The notes: generated by a model not told the origin, from the sequence alone. 64,000 nucleotides of DNA from an uncultured Gemmatimonadales bacterium (GCA_963798085.1 CAWCRS010000003.1:608001-672000); one strand, 5' to 3'; positions 10,393-21,758 are shown, counted from the first letter of the stretch. Numbers and translations are program-made.

Positions 10393-10918
10393 ACCCGCAC
10401 GCGTTTCCGGCGACACGGCAGCCGCACGTTGCCGTGCCAGCGTCGGCCGTCAGTACGCAGCCGGCCCTCCGGCGTGGACCCGACGTCGGTCCGCTGAGGG
10501 ACGCGCGTCGCGAAGACTCCGCATCGAGCCCCCCGTATGGCGCGAGGCGGACCCGGCCCGGGCCTCGGTCCTCGCCTCCGCGCGTCCGCTCGGGACCACC
10601 CTCTCCCTGCCCACAACGCGCTTCCTCCCGCCTGCAGCATCAGCGGGAAAGCGCTGACAAGAAAGGGTCGCGGCGAGCCGACGCTCTGAAGTGAGCGCAT
10701 CATCAGGGAAGAACGAGCAGACATCGGGCGGCGACGGAACCGACACAGTCCGTGGTTCCCGCGATCGGCGGCTTTCCATCGGTTGAGTGGCAGCCAGCGG
10801 GTCGCTAACCTGAGTTCGACTGCGGATCAACCCGGCCCGTCGCGCGCGCTCCCGCCGTCGGATATCGCGGTGCAGGACACGAGGGAAGGCGCCCCACGAG
10901 CCGGACGGAAGGAGAGGC

Positions 10919-11773
10919 ATGGCGGAGAAGGTGGTTCTCGTGCTGGGCGGCGGCGGCGTGAAGGGGCTCGCGCACGCGGGCGCCTGGCGGGCGTTGGAGG
11001 AGCGCGGCATCGTCGTCTCGGAGATCATTGGCACGAGCATTGGCTCACTGATCGGCGCGTGCATTGCCAGTGGCTGGAGCTCGGAGCGTCTCTGGTCGCG
11101 GGCGCGCTCACTTCAGCGCCGCGACATCGTCACCATGAACCGCTGGGCGTTTCTGCTGAACGGCATCAGCGAGCCCAGCGTCTTCCGCGCCGATGCCTTC
11201 CATGAATACCTCGCCAATCTGCTCGAGGTCGAGCGCTTCGATGAGCTGTCACTGCCGTTGAGCATGAACGCGGTGCACCTCGAGACCGGACGCATGGACT
11301 GGTTCGGTGCGGGCGGCCGTACCAATGTGACGCTGCCGCGGGCGATCTACGCGTCCTGTGCCCTGCCGCTCTTCTATCCGCCGGCCGATATCGAGGGCGA
11401 AATGTACGTGGATGGCGGCGTGCGTGACCCGCTGCCCATAACGCGCGCCGCCGAGCGCGGCGCCGACCTGATCATTGCGGTGGATGCGACGGCCGGTGAG
11501 GTGAAGGACTCGAAAGACACGGTGCAGAAGGGCATGGTCGCCATCCATCACCGCGTGTTCGACATCATGATGTGGGCGCGCAAGCGCGAGCTGCTCGACA
11601 GCTGGACCGACCCGGAGCTGCTCTACATCCGGCCCCGCCTGGATGGCATGTCGACGTTCGACTTCGAGCACACCGGCCGTTTCCTCGACGAAGGCTACCG
11701 CGCCGCCAGCATGGCGCTGAACGAGCGTTTCGGCGAGCGCAGCGCCGCGCGGGGCCGCAGAACGGCCGGTTAG
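10919..11773 (+). CDS. Patatin-like phospholipase
   Basis: GGGGVKG, GTSIG, ASCALP and DGG motifs. Confidence 0.92.
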   Translation: MAEKVVLVLGGGGVKGLAHAGAWRALEERGIVVSEIIGTSIGSLIGACIASGWSSERLWSRARSLQRRDIVTMNRWAFLLNGISEPSVFRADAFHEYLANLLEVERFDELSLPLSMNAVHLETGRMDWFGAGGRTNVTLPRAIYASCALPLFYPPADIEGEMYVDGGVRDPLPITRAAERGADLIIAVDATAGEVKDSKDTVQKGMVAIHHRVFDIMMWARKRELLDSWTDPELLYIRPRLDGMSTFDFEHTGRFLDEGYRAASMALNERFGERSAARGRRTAG

Positions 11774-11823
11774 GCAGGTTCTGCCCGATCCGGCGGGGGC
11801 TGATCGCGGCAGCCGCCGGCTCC

Positions 11824-13335
11824 CTAACGCGAGCTTTCGCCCTGGGCCAGCAGCTCCACAATGCGGTCCATGGCGCGGCGCACGGTGGCTGCGGGAGCGC
11901 CCGTGCCGTTGGTCATGATGCTGAACGTGACCGTGTGTCCGTCCGTGGCGGTCAGCCAGCCGCTCAGCGTGTTCACGTTCGTGATGCTGCCGGTCTTGGC
12001 GCTCAGGCGTCCCTGCAATGCGACCAGGCGGCCGGCCATCGTGCTCCCCTGCATGCCCGGCCCGGGCAATGCGGCGCGGTAGACGGCGCCCCAGGGGGCC
12101 CGGCGCGCGTACTCGAGAACACCGACGATCGCGGCGGGGGTCAGCAGGTTCTGCGCGGAGAGGCCGGAACCATCGCGCAGCTGGAAGGACAGTGAATCGA
12201 TTCCCATGACATCGATCAGGCGACGCCGCTCGACATCGATACCGGTGTTCCAGCCGCCGGAACCGCGACGTTCCGCACCCAGTGTCTTGAGCAGCTGCTC
12301 CGCCATCCAGTTCTGACTGGGGCGCAGGATCCCCGCAATGATGTCGCTCAGGGGCGGCGAGAAAGCCGTGGCAACACGCTGATAGTCGCTGCCCAGGCGC
12401 GCGCGCAGCGCCGCGGCCGCGGTGGAATCGCGCAGCACGCGTGCCGCCCCGTCCACGCGGATGCCGCGCGCGCGCAGCGCCCAGATCAGCGCACGGCCGG
12501 CGTAGCGCGCGGGCTGCGTGACCGCGTACTCGCTGGTGTCCGCCCGCCCGGCCGCAAGGCTCGCCGTGAGCAGCAGTTCATCCGTGTGGCGCATGTAATC
12601 GATGCGCGTCTGCGTGCGCGCGCCCGCCGTGTCTGTGCGCACCGTTGCCTGCAGCGGCTGCAGTCCCTGCGGCCCGGTCGTCACTGCCTCACCGGGATCG
12701 CCGGGCTGGTCGCCGGCCTTCAGCACCAGCCGGAACGCGCCTTCGCCAATGGCGAACGCTTCCACGGGCGGTGCGTCGGATGATGGCAGATCACCCACCT
12801 CCCAGGTGCCGTTGATGGGCAGGTCGCCGAAGAAGCTGGCGTCGACGGTGATATCACCGGCAATGCGGCGAATGCCGGCCGCCGCGATCTGATCCGCAAG
12901 GGAATCGGTGACCGTGAAGTCGTCGGCATGGAAGCGCGCGGAGAACGTGGGATCGCCGCGCCCGACGACCACCAGCTCCTGCGCCACCGTGTCGCCCTTC
13001 TGCATGCGCGCGAAAACGGGCGTTTCGTAGCGGTAGTCCGGCCCCAGCTCATCCAGCGCGACGGTGGTCACCACGAGCTTGGTGTTGGAGGCAGGGATGT
13101 AGTGCCGTTCGGCGTTCAGGCCGATCAGCCAGCGCCGGGCATCCACATCCCACGCGGCAATGCCCCAGGATGTGCCTGCCAGTGGTGCCGTCGTCAGGAT
13201 GGAGTCGATCACGGTGGCGATGCCGCGCGGCGCCAGCAGTCCCGGCCGCGCGCGCGAGCCGGCACAGCCCGCGACGCAGAGGACGAGCAGCCCGCTGGCC
13301 AGCGCCGGCTGTACGCCGGTCGCACGCCTCGGCAT
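11824..13335 (-). CDS. dacB: D-Ala-D-Ala carboxypeptidase/endopeptidase (PBP4, peptidase S13), probable lipoprotein
   Basis: PASNTK (SxxK), GRGDP, SQN, DGSGLS, KTG; lipobox-like VAGC. Confidence 0.92.
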   Translation of the reverse strand: MPRRATGVQPALASGLLVLCVAGCAGSRARPGLLAPRGIATVIDSILTTAPLAGTSWGIAAWDVDARRWLIGLNAERHYIPASNTKLVVTTVALDELGPDYRYETPVFARMQKGDTVAQELVVVGRGDPTFSARFHADDFTVTDSLADQIAAAGIRRIAGDITVDASFFGDLPINGTWEVGDLPSSDAPPVEAFAIGEGAFRLVLKAGDQPGDPGEAVTTGPQGLQPLQATVRTDTAGARTQTRIDYMRHTDELLLTASLAAGRADTSEYAVTQPARYAGRALIWALRARGIRVDGAARVLRDSTAAAALRARLGSDYQRVATAFSPPLSDIIAGILRPSQNWMAEQLLKTLGAERRGSGGWNTGIDVERRRLIDVMGIDSLSFQLRDGSGLSAQNLLTPAAIVGVLEYARRAPWGAVYRAALPGPGMQGSTMAGRLVALQGRLSAKTGSITNVNTLSGWLTATDGHTVTFSIMTNGTGAPAATVRRAMDRIVELLAQGESSR

Positions 13336-15908
13336 CAGAGATTCAGCCAGTAGTTCAGCTTCACCAGGAACACGTTGCTGGGCCGGGTATCGAACAGTGC
13401 GCGGCTGTCACGGCCGAAGTCCAGGCGTCCCTGCTCGATGGAATCGGAACGTCGCTGCTGCCACACCACGAACAGCGTCGAGCCGGGACGCCACTGCCAG
13501 CGTAATACCGCGTTACCGCGCAGCGAGCGGGTGTTGAAGTCGCTGCCGGCATCGCTGCCTGTCCACGGCTCGAAGGCGAACTGGCGCGGCGCCAGCAGTC
13601 GCATGGTGGCGCCGTAATCACCCGTGGCAATGAAGGGTTGCGCGTACAGCTCGAACGAGAGGTCCGGCGTGAACGTCACATTGAGACGGGTTTCCATTGA
13701 CACTGTGGTCTGTTCGATGGGCGCGAACAGGTAGTCCCTTCCGAAGGTGGCCGTGTTGGCGGCATCCTCGACAGTGCCCAGGTACTGCGCCGCCGTGCGC
13801 GAGCGGTTGAGTTTCGGCCCGGCGCTCACCGTCCAGTTGCTGCCCGGCCGTACTGTGAGGTTACCGGAGAGCGAGCGCTGCCAGCTGCCCGACACCGCCT
13901 GCATCCAGTTGAACTGCACCCGCCCGGATGCCCAGCGTCGGTCATCGCTGTTGAGCTGAATCTCGAGTCGGTCATCCGCCAGATTGCGCGCCAGCGGGCC
14001 ACCGCGCGTGAGGCGGTCATCGAAAGTGGAAAACGCGTGCGTGTAGTTGATGTGCCCGCCCCAGTAGTTGGCCAGCTGGCCCTGCAGATTGAGCTGTCCC
14101 CGCCGGCTCACGCCGACGCCGCCGAAGTTCCTGTCGCCGGAGCCGTGCAGCTCGATGCGGTAATTGCGAAACAGCGGACCCGGCCGGTTCTCGACCCACT
14201 GCAGCTCTGCCTCACCGCCCACGCGATCCGCGGATGTCTCGAAGCCGAGGTCGTTGACCTCGAAGCCCGGACTCATGGCAGCAATGTGGGCACTGCCTCG
14301 CCAGTGCTCTCCGGCATTCTTTTCGATGGCCAGCCGCGCCGCGTATCCCTCGAGCATGGTGCGCGACGAATCCAGGGTCACGTAATCGGCATCGGGCCGC
14401 TGGTAATAGCGCGCCGATGAGAGCTGCGCGCGCGCCATTGCCGACGGACTGCCCTGCACATGGCTGAGCGAGAAGTAGCCGCTCAGCGTCCACGAGCGCT
14501 GCGCGAATTCGTGCGAGAAATCGGCGCCCGCGGAAAAGGCCGAAGCACGGAGCAGACTCGCGAGCAGCGTGTCGCCCAGACTGCGGTTCACGGCGGTAAC
14601 AATGCCGCCCAGGCGGGTCTGCCCCTGGCGCAGGTCACGGGTGGCGCGCGCCACCAGATAGTTGGTGGGCGGCTCCACCGGCGTCTCTCCAAACACGCCG
14701 TTATAATCCTGCCAGGACGCCTGCTCCGCCGCCGTCACCGCCTCGAGCAGGCCCACGTTCCAGCCGGACGCCGTATGGCCGGTGACCTTGGCCGCGCCCA
14801 GGATCGTGCTGTTGTCCGGCTTGTGCGCGAACGCCACCTCATCCGGCGCCGAACCCTGCGGCTGCCGGCCAATGCGCCGCGAGTAGAAGAGACGCAGGTC
14901 ATTGAAGTGAAATACGTCGGAGCCCTCCGTGAAGAACGGCCGCTTCTCGTCGAACGATGTCTCGAACGCCGAGAGATTGACCACCGCCGGATCGACTTCC
15001 ACCTGGCCGAAATCCGGATTGAACGTGGCATTCATCGTCATGCTCGACGTGAGGCGATACTTCAGATCCAGTCCGGCGCCCGTGAACATCCGGGCTCCGG
15101 CGCGGAACGGATCGGCAGGATCCACATTGAGGTACTCGGCGCGCGTGAGGGCGTAGGGCAGCAGCTCGAGCGGGCGACCGGGCCGGATGCCCTGAAGTCC
15201 GACGAGGTGGCCGTAGCGCGCCACACCACCCCGCTGACTCTTCGGTGTGAATGACAACACCGTAACTTCCTGTTTGCTGACCGTGCGCCGCGAAAGCTGC
15301 AGCCCCCAGATCTGCACGTCCTCGTGGTTGAAGCGCAGCTGGCTGAACGGAATGCGCAGCTCCGCGGTCCAGCCGTCGGCATCCACGGAGGTGGCCGCGT
15401 CCCACACGGCATCCCATGACGTGCTGCGGCCCACCTGGTCGCGCTGCACGCCCGCGGGATTCACACTGAACTGCACGGACGTGACGTGGTCGTGATAGGT
15501 GTCGAGCATCACGTCGAGCCAGTCCGAATCGCTGAGGTACGAGTCCCGCCGGCCCAGCCGCGAGCTCACGTGACCGGACGCGTCCCACATGCGCGCCCCG
15601 ATGTAGAGCGCGTCCGCGTCGAACAGGATGCGCACCTCGGTGCGATCGGTCGCCGGCTCGCCTTCGTGCGGCTCCGTCTGGGTGAACTGCGTCGCGGGCG
15701 CCACTTCCTGCCACGCGGCCTCGTCCAGCTTGCCATCCAGGTGGATCGCGGCGGCAATACGCATGGTGTGCAGCAGCGGCATGGCTGCGAGGTGCGCCTC
15801 CGTGGCAGCCCCCGCCGCGCCCGTCAAACCGCTGTTATCCTGAGCCAGGAGTGGGGCTGGACCGACCGCCACGGCCGCCATCAGCAGCAGCGTGCGCAGC
15901 CGGGTCAT
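13335..15908 (-). CDS. DUF5916 protein with N-terminal CBM9-like sugar-binding domain
   Basis: LDGKLDEAAW, WTAELRIPFSQLRF, NPDFGQVEVD, EKRPFF, LFYSRRIG, C-terminal KLNYWL; start MTRLRTLLL. Confidence 0.85.
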   Translation of the reverse strand: MTRLRTLLLMAAVAVGPAPLLAQDNSGLTGAAGAATEAHLAAMPLLHTMRIAAAIHLDGKLDEAAWQEVAPATQFTQTEPHEGEPATDRTEVRILFDADALYIGARMWDASGHVSSRLGRRDSYLSDSDWLDVMLDTYHDHVTSVQFSVNPAGVQRDQVGRSTSWDAVWDAATSVDADGWTAELRIPFSQLRFNHEDVQIWGLQLSRRTVSKQEVTVLSFTPKSQRGGVARYGHLVGLQGIRPGRPLELLPYALTRAEYLNVDPADPFRAGARMFTGAGLDLKYRLTSSMTMNATFNPDFGQVEVDPAVVNLSAFETSFDEKRPFFTEGSDVFHFNDLRLFYSRRIGRQPQGSAPDEVAFAHKPDNSTILGAAKVTGHTASGWNVGLLEAVTAAEQASWQDYNGVFGETPVEPPTNYLVARATRDLRQGQTRLGGIVTAVNRSLGDTLLASLLRASAFSAGADFSHEFAQRSWTLSGYFSLSHVQGSPSAMARAQLSSARYYQRPDADYVTLDSSRTMLEGYAARLAIEKNAGEHWRGSAHIAAMSPGFEVNDLGFETSADRVGGEAELQWVENRPGPLFRNYRIELHGSGDRNFGGVGVSRRGQLNLQGQLANYWGGHINYTHAFSTFDDRLTRGGPLARNLADDRLEIQLNSDDRRWASGRVQFNWMQAVSGSWQRSLSGNLTVRPGSNWTVSAGPKLNRSRTAAQYLGTVEDAANTATFGRDYLFAPIEQTTVSMETRLNVTFTPDLSFELYAQPFIATGDYGATMRLLAPRQFAFEPWTGSDAGSDFNTRSLRGNAVLRWQWRPGSTLFVVWQQRRSDSIEQGRLDFGRDSRALFDTRPSNVFLVKLNYWLNL

Positions 15909-16100
15909 CCCGGGATATGGTTCGTATGACAAGAGCGCTTTCCTGAGTCGGGCACAGCGTCGCGCGCACAGTCGCACGCACCACACGCGCGTGTCCTCGA
16001 AGATGCGCCGGTATCTCGGGGGAAACCGCCCGACGCCGCGCTGTTTCCGGAAACAGCGCCACCATGTCAACATAACGACTGCCCCCGCAGGAGGAAAAAC

Positions 16101-17570
16101 GTGGAAGCGTCCGCCGCACCGCCACCGCGCGCATTGGACATGGATCCGGAAACCTTCCGCCGGCACGGCCACGCCGTGATCGACTGGATCGCAGGATACC
16201 TGGCCCAACCCGAGGCGTGGCGTGTGTTTCCGGCCGTTCCGCCCGGCTCCGTACTGGCTCAGCTGCCGGACGCACCGCCCGACCGGGGCGAAGACTTCGA
16301 GCAGATCTTCGCCGACTTCGAGCGCATCATCCCGGGCGCCACCACGCACTGGAATCACCCGGGCTTCATGGCGTATTTCGCCAATACCGGCTCAGGGCCG
16401 GGCATCCTCGGCGAATTGCTGGCCGCGGCGCTCAATGTGAACGCCATGCTCTGGCGTACGTGCCCGTCCGCAACGGAGTTGGAGCAGGCGACGACGGGTT
16501 GGACGCTGCGTCTCCTGGGTCTGCCTCCCGATTGGGATGGCACCATCAACGACACCGCCTCGACCAGCACACTATACGCCCTGGCCGCGGCCCGGGAATA
16601 TGCATCGGACCTGAAGATACGCGATTTTGGCATGGCCGGCCGACCGGAGCTGCCGCCGCTTCGGGTCTACGCCTCCGAGGAAGCGCACTCCAGCGTCGAC
16701 AAGGCGGTTCTGACTCTGGGCCTGGGCCGGACAGGAATCCGCAAGATCCAGACGGACCAAAAGATGCGCATGGATGCCGGGCTGCTGCATGCCGCCATCC
16801 GAGAAGATCGCGCAAACGGGATCCGCCCCATTGCGGTGGTCGCTACCACAGGCACCACGTCCACGACCGCCGTCGACCCCGTTCCGGCCATCGCCGACAT
16901 CTGCGAACGCGAGCACCTCTGGCTGCACGTCGACGCGGCCTATGGCGGATCCGCGGCGGCGCTGCCGGAGATGCGCTGGGTGCTCGAGGGGTGTGAGCGC
17001 GCAGACTCGTTCGTGGTGAACCCGCACAAGTGGCTGTTCGTCCCGGTCGACTGCTCTCTCCTCTACACCCGCCGGCCCGACGTGCTGAAGCGCGCCTTCA
17101 GCCTGGTGCCGGAGTACCTGACGACGCCGGAAAGCGAACAGGTCAAGAACCTGATGGACTACGGCATCGCGCTCGGCCGGCGCTTCCGCGCGCTCAAGCT
17201 CTGGTTCGTGCTGCGCTGGTTCGGCGTGGAGGGCATCCGCGCGGTGCTGCGCGAGCACCTTCGGCTCGCACAGCTGTTCGCAAGCTGGATCGATGCGGAT
17301 GCCGCGTTCGAGCGACTGGCGGACGTGAACCTCTCCGTCGTCAACTTCCGCGCGCATCCGCCAGGTCTCGATGATGCGGCAGAGCTGGAGCTTCTGAACG
17401 CGGCGCTGCTCGACAGGGTCAACGCGAGCGGGGAAGTCTTTCTCTCGCACACGAAGATCCGCGGCCGCTACGCGCTGCATCTCGCGATCGGCAACGTGCG
17501 CACAGCGGAGCGGCACGTGCGCCGCGCATGGGAACTGCTGCGCGCGGGTTGCGTGGATTCGGTGCCCTGA
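16101..17570 (+). CDS. Group II PLP-dependent (aromatic L-amino-acid-type) decarboxylase
   Basis: THWNHPGFMAYF, AHSSVDK, HVDAAYGG, NPHKWL, LGRRFRALKLW; GTG start with GGAGG SD. Confidence 0.92.
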   Translation: MEASAAPPPRALDMDPETFRRHGHAVIDWIAGYLAQPEAWRVFPAVPPGSVLAQLPDAPPDRGEDFEQIFADFERIIPGATTHWNHPGFMAYFANTGSGPGILGELLAAALNVNAMLWRTCPSATELEQATTGWTLRLLGLPPDWDGTINDTASTSTLYALAAAREYASDLKIRDFGMAGRPELPPLRVYASEEAHSSVDKAVLTLGLGRTGIRKIQTDQKMRMDAGLLHAAIREDRANGIRPIAVVATTGTTSTTAVDPVPAIADICEREHLWLHVDAAYGGSAAALPEMRWVLEGCERADSFVVNPHKWLFVPVDCSLLYTRRPDVLKRAFSLVPEYLTTPESEQVKNLMDYGIALGRRFRALKLWFVLRWFGVEGIRAVLREHLRLAQLFASWIDADAAFERLADVNLSVVNFRAHPPGLDDAAELELLNAALLDRVNASGEVFLSHTKIRGRYALHLAIGNVRTAERHVRRAWELLRAGCVDSVP

Positions 17571-17613
17571 CAAACTCTGTCAACGCGGCAGTGCGCCGCA
17601 TATCTTTGCGCCC

Positions 17614-18610
17614 ATGATTGATGTGGTGGCACTCACGGCCGATCTGCTCGCCATCGATTCGCCGACGGGCGGCGAGGCGAAGATCGTGGATCATCTGTCG
17701 CGTTTTCTGGTGGCCCATGACTGGAACGTGACGGTGCAGGAGGTCACGCCCGGGCGAGGCAACATCTGGGCTTCTCACGGCGGCGGCGGCGTCACGCTGT
17801 CGACGCATCTCGATACCGTGCGGCCGTACTTCGGGCCTCGCCTCGACGACGGCAAGCTCTACGGTCGCGGTGCGTGCGATGCAAAAGGCATCGCCGCCGC
17901 CATGATTGCGGCCGCGCAGAGCCTCGCCGAGGACAGTGAAAGGCGAGTTGACCTGCTGCTTGTGATTGGCGAAGAGGGCGGTTCTGATGGCGCGCGGGCA
18001 GCCAATCAGCTGCCGGCGACGAGCCGGTACCTGATCAACGGCGAGCCCACGCAGAGCCAGCTGGCGACCGGGGCCAAGGGCTCGCTGCGCGTGACCCTGC
18101 GCACGCGCGGTCGTGAGTCGCACTCCGCGTATCCGCACCTGGGCCGTTCGGCGATCGAGCCCATGCTCGAGCTGCTGCCCACGGTGAAGCAACTGCAGCT
18201 GCCGCGCGATGAGCGGCTGGGCGAGCCCACTGTCAACATTGGTGTTATCCGCGGCGGCACCGAAGCCAACGTGATACCGGGCGAGTGCGAGGCGCAGCTG
18301 ATGTTCCGCATTGTCAGCCCGGTCGAGCCGGTGAAGCGCAGGATCGAGGAGTGGGTAGAGGGTCGCGCGGAGATCACGTACGGCTCACACATCCCGGCGC
18401 AGCTCTTTCACACGATCCCCGGATTCGAGACGGCGCCGGTCGCCTACACGACGGACATCCCGCTGCTGGACCGGTGGGGCACGCCGCTGCTGTTCGGGCC
18501 GGGGTCGATTCATGTGGCACACACGCCCGAGGAACACATCGTGGTGAATGAACTGCGCGCCGCGGTTGGCATCGTACGAGCGCATGGTGCGCTCGCTGCT
18601 CTCGCAATGA
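17614..18610 (+). CDS. M20 metallo-hydrolase (ArgE/DapE-like); a +1 indel near 18568 falsely fuses it to asd
   Basis: HLDTV, GRGACDAKG, GEEGG, GEPT, AHTPEE. Removing one base gives ...YERMVRSLLSQ* ending in an ATGA overlap with asd. Confidence 0.85.
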
Positions 18611-19683
18611 CGGCCGCCGCCTTCCGCTCGAGTGAGCGCCTGCCCGTCGCCGTGCTGGGTGCGACGGGTGCGGTGGGGCAGACGTTCGTGCGTCTGCTGG
18701 CGGATCATCCGTGGTTCCGGCTCGCGGAAGTCGCCGCATCCGAGCGCTCGGTGGGCCGGCGCTACGGCGAAGTCGTGCACTGGCTCGAGGGGCGGCTGTC
18801 TGCGGAGACGGCCGCGCTCGAGGTCGTGCCCTGCGATCCCGCGACGGTGCGCTCGCGTGTGGTGTTCTCCGCGCTGGATGCGGCAGCCGCGAACACGGTG
18901 GAGCCGGCATTCGCGCGCGCCGGCGGCTTCGTCTTCAGCAACACGAAGAACTTCCGCATGGAGCCGGACGTGCCGCTGGTGATCGCGGAAGTGAATGCGT
19001 CGCATCTCGACGTGCTCGAGACGCAGCGCAAGGCACGGGGCTGGAGCGGCGCCATTGTCACCAATGCGAATTGCGCGGCCATCGCCGCCGCACTGCCGCT
19101 GGCGCCGCTGCACCAGGCGTTCGGCCTGCGCCAGGTTTTCGTAGTGACAATGCAGGCCGTATCGGGCGCGGGCTATCCCGGTGTTGCGTCGCTGGACATC
19201 CTGGGCAACGTGATTCCGTTCATCAGTGAGGAAGACGCCAAGATCGAGCGCGAGCTGCCCAAGATGCTGGGGCGCATGGTGGACGGCGCCATCGAGCCTG
19301 CGAACTTCGTTGTCAGCGCACAGGCCAATCGGGTGCCGGTCGAGCACGGCCACACGGTGTGTCTTTCGGTGGGCCTCGAGACGCGCGCCTCCGCCGAGCA
19401 GTGTCGGGCAGTGCTGGAGCAGTGGTCAGGCGACGAGTGCGCCCGCGGGTTGCCGTCGTCTCCGGAGCGCGTGCTGCTGGTCACGTCCGAGGCGGACCGG
19501 CCGCAGCCGCGTCGCGACGTGCACACGGGCCGCGGCATGACCGTCGTGATCGGGCGCGTGCGCCCCGACCCGCTGCTCGATGTCAGGTTTGTCGCACTCA
19601 GTCACAACACGATCCGTGGAGCGGCGGGCGCATCGCTGCTCAATGCGGAGGTGATGGCGGCGCGCGCCGCCCTGCCGCGATGA
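18607..19683 (+). CDS. asd: Aspartate-semialdehyde dehydrogenase
   Basis: LGATGAVGQ, TNANC, QAVSGAGYPG, RVPVEHGH, HNTIRGAAG. Confidence 0.93.
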   Translation: MTAAAFRSSERLPVAVLGATGAVGQTFVRLLADHPWFRLAEVAASERSVGRRYGEVVHWLEGRLSAETAALEVVPCDPATVRSRVVFSALDAAAANTVEPAFARAGGFVFSNTKNFRMEPDVPLVIAEVNASHLDVLETQRKARGWSGAIVTNANCAAIAAALPLAPLHQAFGLRQVFVVTMQAVSGAGYPGVASLDILGNVIPFISEEDAKIERELPKMLGRMVDGAIEPANFVVSAQANRVPVEHGHTVCLSVGLETRASAEQCRAVLEQWSGDECARGLPSSPERVLLVTSEADRPQPRRDVHTGRGMTVVIGRVRPDPLLDVRFVALSHNTIRGAAGASLLNAEVMAARAALPR

Positions 19684-21030
19684 TCGTCGTCAAGTTCGGC
19701 GGCACGTCGGTGGGCGATGCGGAGGCCATCGCGCGTGCCGCCGAGATCGTGCGCAGCCGGCTGGAGCGCCGCCCGCTGGTGGTGGTTTCCGCGCTGGCGG
19801 GCACGACTAACGCGCTACTACAGATCGCGGAGCAGGCCGCCACGGGGCAGCTCATCAGCGCGGCGCGTGCCGTGACAGCGCTGCGCGACCGGCACGTGGG
19901 CGTGGCGGAGGCGCTGCTCGCGGGATGGTCGGAGGGTGCGGACGTGGTGGCCGAGCTGAGCAGCGCGTTCGACGAGCTGGCCAGTCTGGCGGAAGCCCTG
20001 AGCGTGCTGGGCCACCTGACGCCGCGCAGCCATGATGCCATCGCCGCCAAAGGCGAGCTGATTTCGTCGGCGCTGATCGTGGCCGCGTTCCGCGCGAGGG
20101 GTCTGCCCGTGCAGCACGTGGATCCGACGAAGGTCATGGTCACGGATGACCGCTTCGGCCGGGCCGAGCCGCGCACCGACCGTATCGCCGAGGCATCACA
20201 GCGCCTGCTGCGGCCGCTGCTGGACGAGGGCGTAGTGCCTCTGACCGGCGGTTACGTGGGGGCCACGGACACCGGCATCATCACCACGCTGGGTCGCGGC
20301 GGCTCCGACCTTTCTGCTTCGCTGTTCGGTGCCGCGCTGGGCGCTGAATCCATCGAGATCTGGACCGATGTGGACGGCATGCTCACGGCCGACCCGCGCG
20401 TCGTGCCGGGCGCCACGCTCATCGAGCGCATCCGCTTCGATGAGGCCAGTGAGCTGGCGTCCTTCGGCGCCAAGGTGCTGCACCCGAACACCATTGCCCC
20501 GGCCGTGCGCCTGGGCATTCCCGTGTACATTCTACAACTCGCGCAACCCGGAAGGCACGGGCACGCTGATCACGTACGACGCGCCCGTCTGCCCGGTGCG
20601 CGCGATTGCCGGCAAGACCGGTATTACCGTGATCAAGATCCGCTCCGCGCGCATGCTGCTGCAGCACGGCTTCCTGCGCACGATCTTCGAGGTGTTCGAG
20701 CGTCATCGCACATCCGTCGATGTGGTGGCCACCTCCGAGGTCAGCGTGAGCGTTACCGTGGACGATCCCTCGCACCTGGACACGCTGACGGTCGAGCTGT
20801 CGCACCTGGGCGATGTTTCGGTCGAGCGCAGCCGCGGCATCCTGGCGGTCGTGGGTTCGGGCGTGGCACAGGACAGCTCCACCATGGCGCGCGCCCTGGC
20901 CGCGATCGCGCCGGCGCGCGTCCACATGCTGTCGCTCTCCGCGAGCGGCATCAATCTTACCGTGCTGGTGGATGGCGAGCAGGTGCCGCGCGCAATGGCA
21001 GCGCTGCACCGCGAATTCTTCGGGCGCTGA
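19680..21030 (+). CDS. lysC: Aspartate kinase (frameshift at about 20532)
   Basis: KFGGTSV, TTLGRGGSD, WTDVDG, FGAKVLHP; the ACT domains (VATSEVSVS) continue in another frame. Confidence 0.9.
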
Positions 21031-21056
21031 ACGCGCCGGACAGGAAGGCAGGCCGG

Positions 21057-21758
21057 GTGCGCATCGGCATCATTGGTGACGGCAAAATGGGTCGTGCGAT
21101 CGCGGCGCTGGCCGCCGAGCGCGGCATTGAAGTCGTCGCCCTGCTCGGTCTGGAGAACCAGGGCGGATCCGCCATTGCCGCGGGCGCGCTGCAGGGCGCG
21201 GAAGCGGCCGTCGAATTCACCGAGCCGCACGCCGCCGTGGCCAATGCCATCGCGTGTGCGCATGCCGGCATTCCCGTGGTCATGGGCACCACCGGCTGGT
21301 ACGACCGGCTGGAGGAAGTGAAACAGGCTGTTACCGGCGCAGGCGGTGCGCTGCTCTGGTCGCCCAACTACTCCGTGGGAGTGGCGCTGTTCAACGCGCT
21401 GGTCGAGCGTGCCGGCCAGCTGTTCGCGGACGCGTCGCTCTTCGATGTGCACATCATCGAGACGCACCACGCCGGCAAGAAGGACGCGCCGTCGGGCACG
21501 GCGGCGGCCCTGGCAGGGACATTCGCGGCGGGCAGCGGCCGGCGCCCGCCGATCACGAGCGTGCGCACGGGGCACGTGCCGGGCACGCACGAGCTGTTGC
21601 TGGACGCTTTCTTCGAGCAGGTCCGGCTGGTGCACACGGCGAGGGATCGCCGGGTGTTCGCTGATGGCGCGCTGTTAGCCGCAGCCTGGCTGCGCGGCAG
21701 GCGGGGCGTCTTCACGATGCGCGACGTTCTGGGCCTTGAACCCGAGAGGAACGGATGA
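21057..21758 (+). CDS. dapB: 4-hydroxy-tetrahydrodipicolinate reductase
   Basis: GDGKMG, GTTGW, PNYSVG, ETHHAGKKDAPSGTA. Confidence 0.93.
   Translation: MRIGIIGDGKMGRAIAALAAERGIEVVALLGLENQGGSAIAAGALQGAEAAVEFTEPHAAVANAIACAHAGIPVVMGTTGWYDRLEEVKQAVTGAGGALLWSPNYSVGVALFNALVERAGQLFADASLFDVHIIETHHAGKKDAPSGTAAALAGTFAAGSGRRPPITSVRTGHVPGTHELLLDAFFEQVRLVHTARDRRVFADGALLAAAWLRGRRGVFTMRDVLGLEPERNG

Noticed and set aside
10393..10918. Structured ncRNA in the 526-bp intergenic gap
   Set aside because: Only GC-rich stems expected by chance; no recognisable 6S, SRP, tmRNA or riboswitch motif. An Infernal scan would settle it.
17614..19683. 689-aa M20-Asd fusion
   Set aside because: Removing one base near 18568 restores a normal M20 C-terminus and an ATGA overlap with asd.
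20525..20540. Programmed ribosomal frameshifting in lysC and the other split genes
   Set aside because: No slippery heptamers; the indels are scattered over unrelated genes and fit consensus error.
19359..21758. 799-aa LysC-DapB fusion
   Set aside because: The junction is out-of-frame nonsense; the ACT domains are in another frame after the indel at about 20532.
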